DNA of 64,000 bases from Chloroflexota bacterium. GTDB taxonomy: Bacteria; Chloroflexota; Dehalococcoidia; Dehalococcoidales; UBA2162. Location of the stretch: the NCBI GenBank assembly GCA_016199495.1, contig JACQGQ010000040.1, positions 9,773 to 73,772 on the forward strand. The letters are read 5' to 3'. This document shows, one piece after another, positions 61,920-64,000 of this stretch (positions are counted from its first letter, which is position 1; every line of letters begins with the position of its first letter). A model generated the notes under the pieces. That model was not told the DNA's origin. It saw nothing but the letters and a program-made list of their open reading frames with translations, and made no database searches. A program made the position numbers and the translations under genes.

Positions 61920-62858
61920 TTATACGCCCTTAAACCACTTTATCGTTTCGGCCAATCCGGTTTCTAAATCATACAGCGGCTTATAGCCAAAGGCTTCAGC
62001 CTTTGAAATATCAGCCGAACTGTGTTTTATATCGCCGGGTCTTGCTCTCTGATACACGGGCTCCACATTACTCCCGGTAAGCTCAATAATATATTCTGCC
62101 AGCCGGTTAATGGTGATGCTGTCTCCCCGACTGATATTGAATACTCCACTGGCATTACTCTCTTCTGCCAGTAGATTTGCCGATACCACGTCCTTGACGA
62201 AGGTAAAATCTCTGGTTTGCTCTCCGTCGCCAAAGATGGTGGGAGAGTTACCCTCAAAACAGCTTTTAATAAATCTGGGAATGACAGCGGCGTATTGAGA
62301 ATCAGGGTCCTGTCCCGGTCCGAAGACATTAAAGTACCTGAGACAAACGGTAGCTAGTCCATAAACCTTGTGAAATACTCGGCAGTAGTATTCTCCGGCC
62401 AGTTTGGCTACCGCGTAAGGAGACTGTGGGTCAGGTAGCATGTTCTCTTTTTTCGGCAGGACTGGAGTATCTCCATAGACCGAGGATGACGAAGAATATA
62501 TCACCTTATTTACTCTATTGTCCCTGGCCGCCAGCAGTACCTTCAGCGTACCGCTAGCGTTGACTTGATGGCAAGGAAGGGGTTCATCGATACTGCGAGG
62601 AACGCTGGGGATAGCGGCCAGGTGAAAGACACAACTAACGTCCCGAAAAAGCTTCTGAAGCAACGAAAGATTGGTGACGCTGCCCCGAATAAAATCAATG
62701 TCATTTTCCGAAATCAGTCCTTCAATATTCCTCAGCTTACCCGTGGAGAGGTCATCCAGAACCTTTACATTGTAGCCCCTCCTCACAAGGCTGCCGGTAA
62801 GATGAGAGCCGATGAACCCGGCGCCACCCGTAACGACTACCTTTTTATCTTGTTTCAT
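61920..62858 (-). CDS. UDP-sugar 4-epimerase (TviC/WbpP-like extended SDR)
   Basis: The ATG at 62858 (MKQDKKVVVTGGAGFIGSHL) is preferred over the track TTG at 62894. 'DDLSTGKLRNIE', 'YSSSSSVYG', 'YAVAKLAGEYY'. Confidence 0.85.
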   Translation of the reverse strand: MKQDKKVVVTGGAGFIGSHLTGSLVRRGYNVKVLDDLSTGKLRNIEGLISENDIDFIRGSVTNLSLLQKLFRDVSCVFHLAAIPSVPRSIDEPLPCHQVNASGTLKVLLAARDNRVNKVIYSSSSSVYGDTPVLPKKENMLPDPQSPYAVAKLAGEYYCRVFHKVYGLATVCLRYFNVFGPGQDPDSQYAAVIPRFIKSCFEGNSPTIFGDGEQTRDFTFVKDVVSANLLAEESNASGVFNISRGDSITINRLAEYIIELTGSNVEPVYQRARPGDIKHSSADISKAEAFGYKPLYDLETGLAETIKWFKGV

Positions 62859-63146
62859 AACAAACCCATCGTGAGTAGCCGAGTCCCAGGGCAAAGGCTA
62901 TTCTGTTAGGAATACAGGTGACGAAGCGAGTACTGAGATATGGAAGGATAGTCAATATCAATATCATGAATAGAACTCCATCAACTACCCACATCCGAAC
63001 GATTTCAAGATACCTCTCACCTGGCTGAGGAGCGATTCACTCACAATATCTCAACAATTATAGCACGGCGAAAATCAATATACTAGCTAGTGTACTGGTT
63101 CATAAAAAGCACAGTAAGTGGAAGTCCAACTTGCATAGTACTTAAA

Positions 63147-63204
63147 ATTATGTATCAACATAAGGACAATTGTCAATAGTTGTATTACAAAATGCCAGAT
63201 GGCA
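63147..63204 (-). promoter_or_regulatory. Copy 3 of the shared glycan-operon promoter/operator motif
   Basis: The minus strand reads TGCCATCTGGCA (63204-63193), 16 nt, TTGACAATTGTCC (-35 = 63176-63171), 18-nt spacer, CATAAT (63152-63147). A further TGCTATAAT extended -10 lies at 63065-63057. Confidence 0.6.
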
Positions 63205-63340
63205 TCAAGAGACATCACCTCTTGCCATCACCCGATAAATGATGACCACCTTTACCCTGTCATCGACCTGGTAAAGAATTCGGTCTTTACGTTACTCCCG
63301 GAGACGTCGTCCACCAACTGAGTGAGTTTGCAAGCAGTTA
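63205..63340 (-). pseudogene. Relic of a RelE/ParE-family toxin gene (frameshifted, N-terminally truncated)
   Basis: The minus frame reads ...DRILYQVDDRVKVVIIYRVMARGDVS* (stop 63205-63207). It matches the C-terminal 'yRiiY.vdd....v.I..v.hR' pattern of RelE/ParE toxins. An in-frame TAA lies 26 codons upstream, and the preceding '...LVDDVSGSNVKT' is in another frame. Confidence 0.4.
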
Positions 63341-63350
63341 AACTTTAGCT

Positions 63351-63920
63351 CTAGCGCCCTGGCCGGCCACTGTGAGGAATCTTCTTTTGACTATGCTGAC
63401 CAGAGTGATAGTCCGGAGCCGTAATATTAAATAAAGTACTTATTTTAGGGTCGGCAAATCTGGAAAGTATCGGACTATCTAACTCATCTGTTGAGCTGTT
63501 GGTCGTAATCACTGTCGGCAGTTGGGCATTATAGCGATAGTTAATCACCTGATAGAGCTTTTCCTGCGCCCAGGGTGTGGTTGTTTGCTTGCCAAAGTCA
63601 TCGAGGACGAGCAGCGGGGTGCTCTTGACACTTTCAAAGAGCCGGTCATAGGATATCCGGCTCTCCGGGCTGAAGGTGGAACGGAGGTGGTCAAGGAAGT
63701 CCGGCACGACAATGAACAGGGCTGGTTTTTTAACCTGGTAGCGATAATTAACGATGGCGGCCGCCAGGTGGGTCTTACCGCAGCCATTATCGCCCTGAAA
63801 GACCACCCAGCCATCGGGGGACTTGGCAAACTCATGGGCTAAATCGTAAGCTGCTTTTAGATTTTGACGCTGTTCCAGCGTAAGATTAACCCGCTTCCAG
63901 TCAAAGTTGTCAAAGGTCAT
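63351..63920 (-). CDS. DnaC/DnaI-like AAA+ ATPase (helicase-loader family)
   Basis: 'TFDNFDW', Walker A 'GDNGCGKTHLAAAI', Walker B 'LLVLDDFG', 'VINYRY...PTVITTN', 'ILSRF'. The ATG at 63920 has AAGGA upstream. However, the frame stays open to the window edge (64000), so a longer N-terminus cannot be excluded. Confidence 0.65.
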   Translation of the reverse strand: MTFDNFDWKRVNLTLEQRQNLKAAYDLAHEFAKSPDGWVVFQGDNGCGKTHLAAAIVNYRYQVKKPALFIVVPDFLDHLRSTFSPESRISYDRLFESVKSTPLLVLDDFGKQTTTPWAQEKLYQVINYRYNAQLPTVITTNSSTDELDSPILSRFADPKISTLFNITAPDYHSGQHSQKKIPHSGRPGR

Positions 63921-64000
63921 GTCCTTTTCCTTTTTAATCTCTGGAGCCCAGCCAGAGGTTGACAGTGCTGGCGTTTTTTCCGCGATGGCAGATACCTGGT

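Noticed and set aside
62859-63146. JUMPstart/ops (GGCGGTAG) antitermination element in the long leader of the glycan operon
   Set aside because: The ops core was not found on either strand of this leader.
63351-64000. IstB helper ATPase of an IS21-family element flanking the island
   Set aside because: The motif set (TFDNF, DDFG, INYRY, SRF) fits DnaC/DnaI-type loaders better than IstB. No IstA or inverted repeats are visible. The upstream region lies outside the window, so this is not fully excluded.
1-64000. CRISPR arrays, tRNA/rRNA genes, integrases, transposases or prophage genes
   Set aside because: I saw no spaced direct-repeat arrays, no tRNA-like cloverleaf candidates in the intergenic regions I read, and no recombinase or transposase motifs in any listed ORF. 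The only mobility hints are gene relics and compositional mosaicism.

Overview
This is a bacterial chromosomal window with sigma70-type promoters and tightly coupled, SD-led operons. No taxon can be assigned from the sequence alone. All family calls come from reading motifs in the supplied translations, not from searches.

The left ~10 kb is housekeeping and energy metabolism:
- a DUF1648-like membrane protein, glyQS, a low-GC HAD hydrolase and an sbcD with no sbcC beside it;
- a minus-strand three-gene NAD(P)H-linked formate dehydrogenase module: a NuoE-like protein, an FeS/GltD-like fusion, and FdhA. FdhA is a single selenoprotein gene that the ORF track splits at an in-frame TGA (6050-6052). 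A hairpin resembling the E. coli fdhF SECIS (as I remember that sequence) follows the TGA.

From ~10.3 to ~63.2 kb the window is one ~53-kb, ~50-gene cell-surface glycan island. It is built from three large operons: plus strand 10452->29240, minus strand 44501->29271, and minus strand 62858->50441. Each operon is preceded by the same bipartite motif, TGCCA-NN-TGGCA, then 16-17 nt, then TTGACAAyTGTCC. The first copy sits directly upstream of a 63-aa XRE-family regulator.

The island encodes:
- three B12-binding-domain radical SAM proteins, two of them alternating one-to-one with GT4 glycosyltransferases;
- two different split ThDP enzymes;
- a heptose (GmhA/HddA/GmhB) branch with RmlC-like and Gmd-like tailoring;
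- a NeuB-like, cytidylyltransferase and WbpA/B/E-like block;
- AsnB-like and WbuX-like amidotransferases, and many methyltransferases;
- a GtrB-like polyprenyl-phosphate GT, a ~17-TM GT-C-like protein and a PglK/MsbA-like ABC exporter. I recognised no Wzx/Wzy/Wzz or priming phosphoglycosyltransferase.

Several gene relics (a dehydrogenase 3' end, two methyltransferases, a RelE/ParE-like toxin) and strong GC mosaicism point to ongoing gene turnover. I saw no rRNA, tRNA, CRISPR array or intact mobile element.
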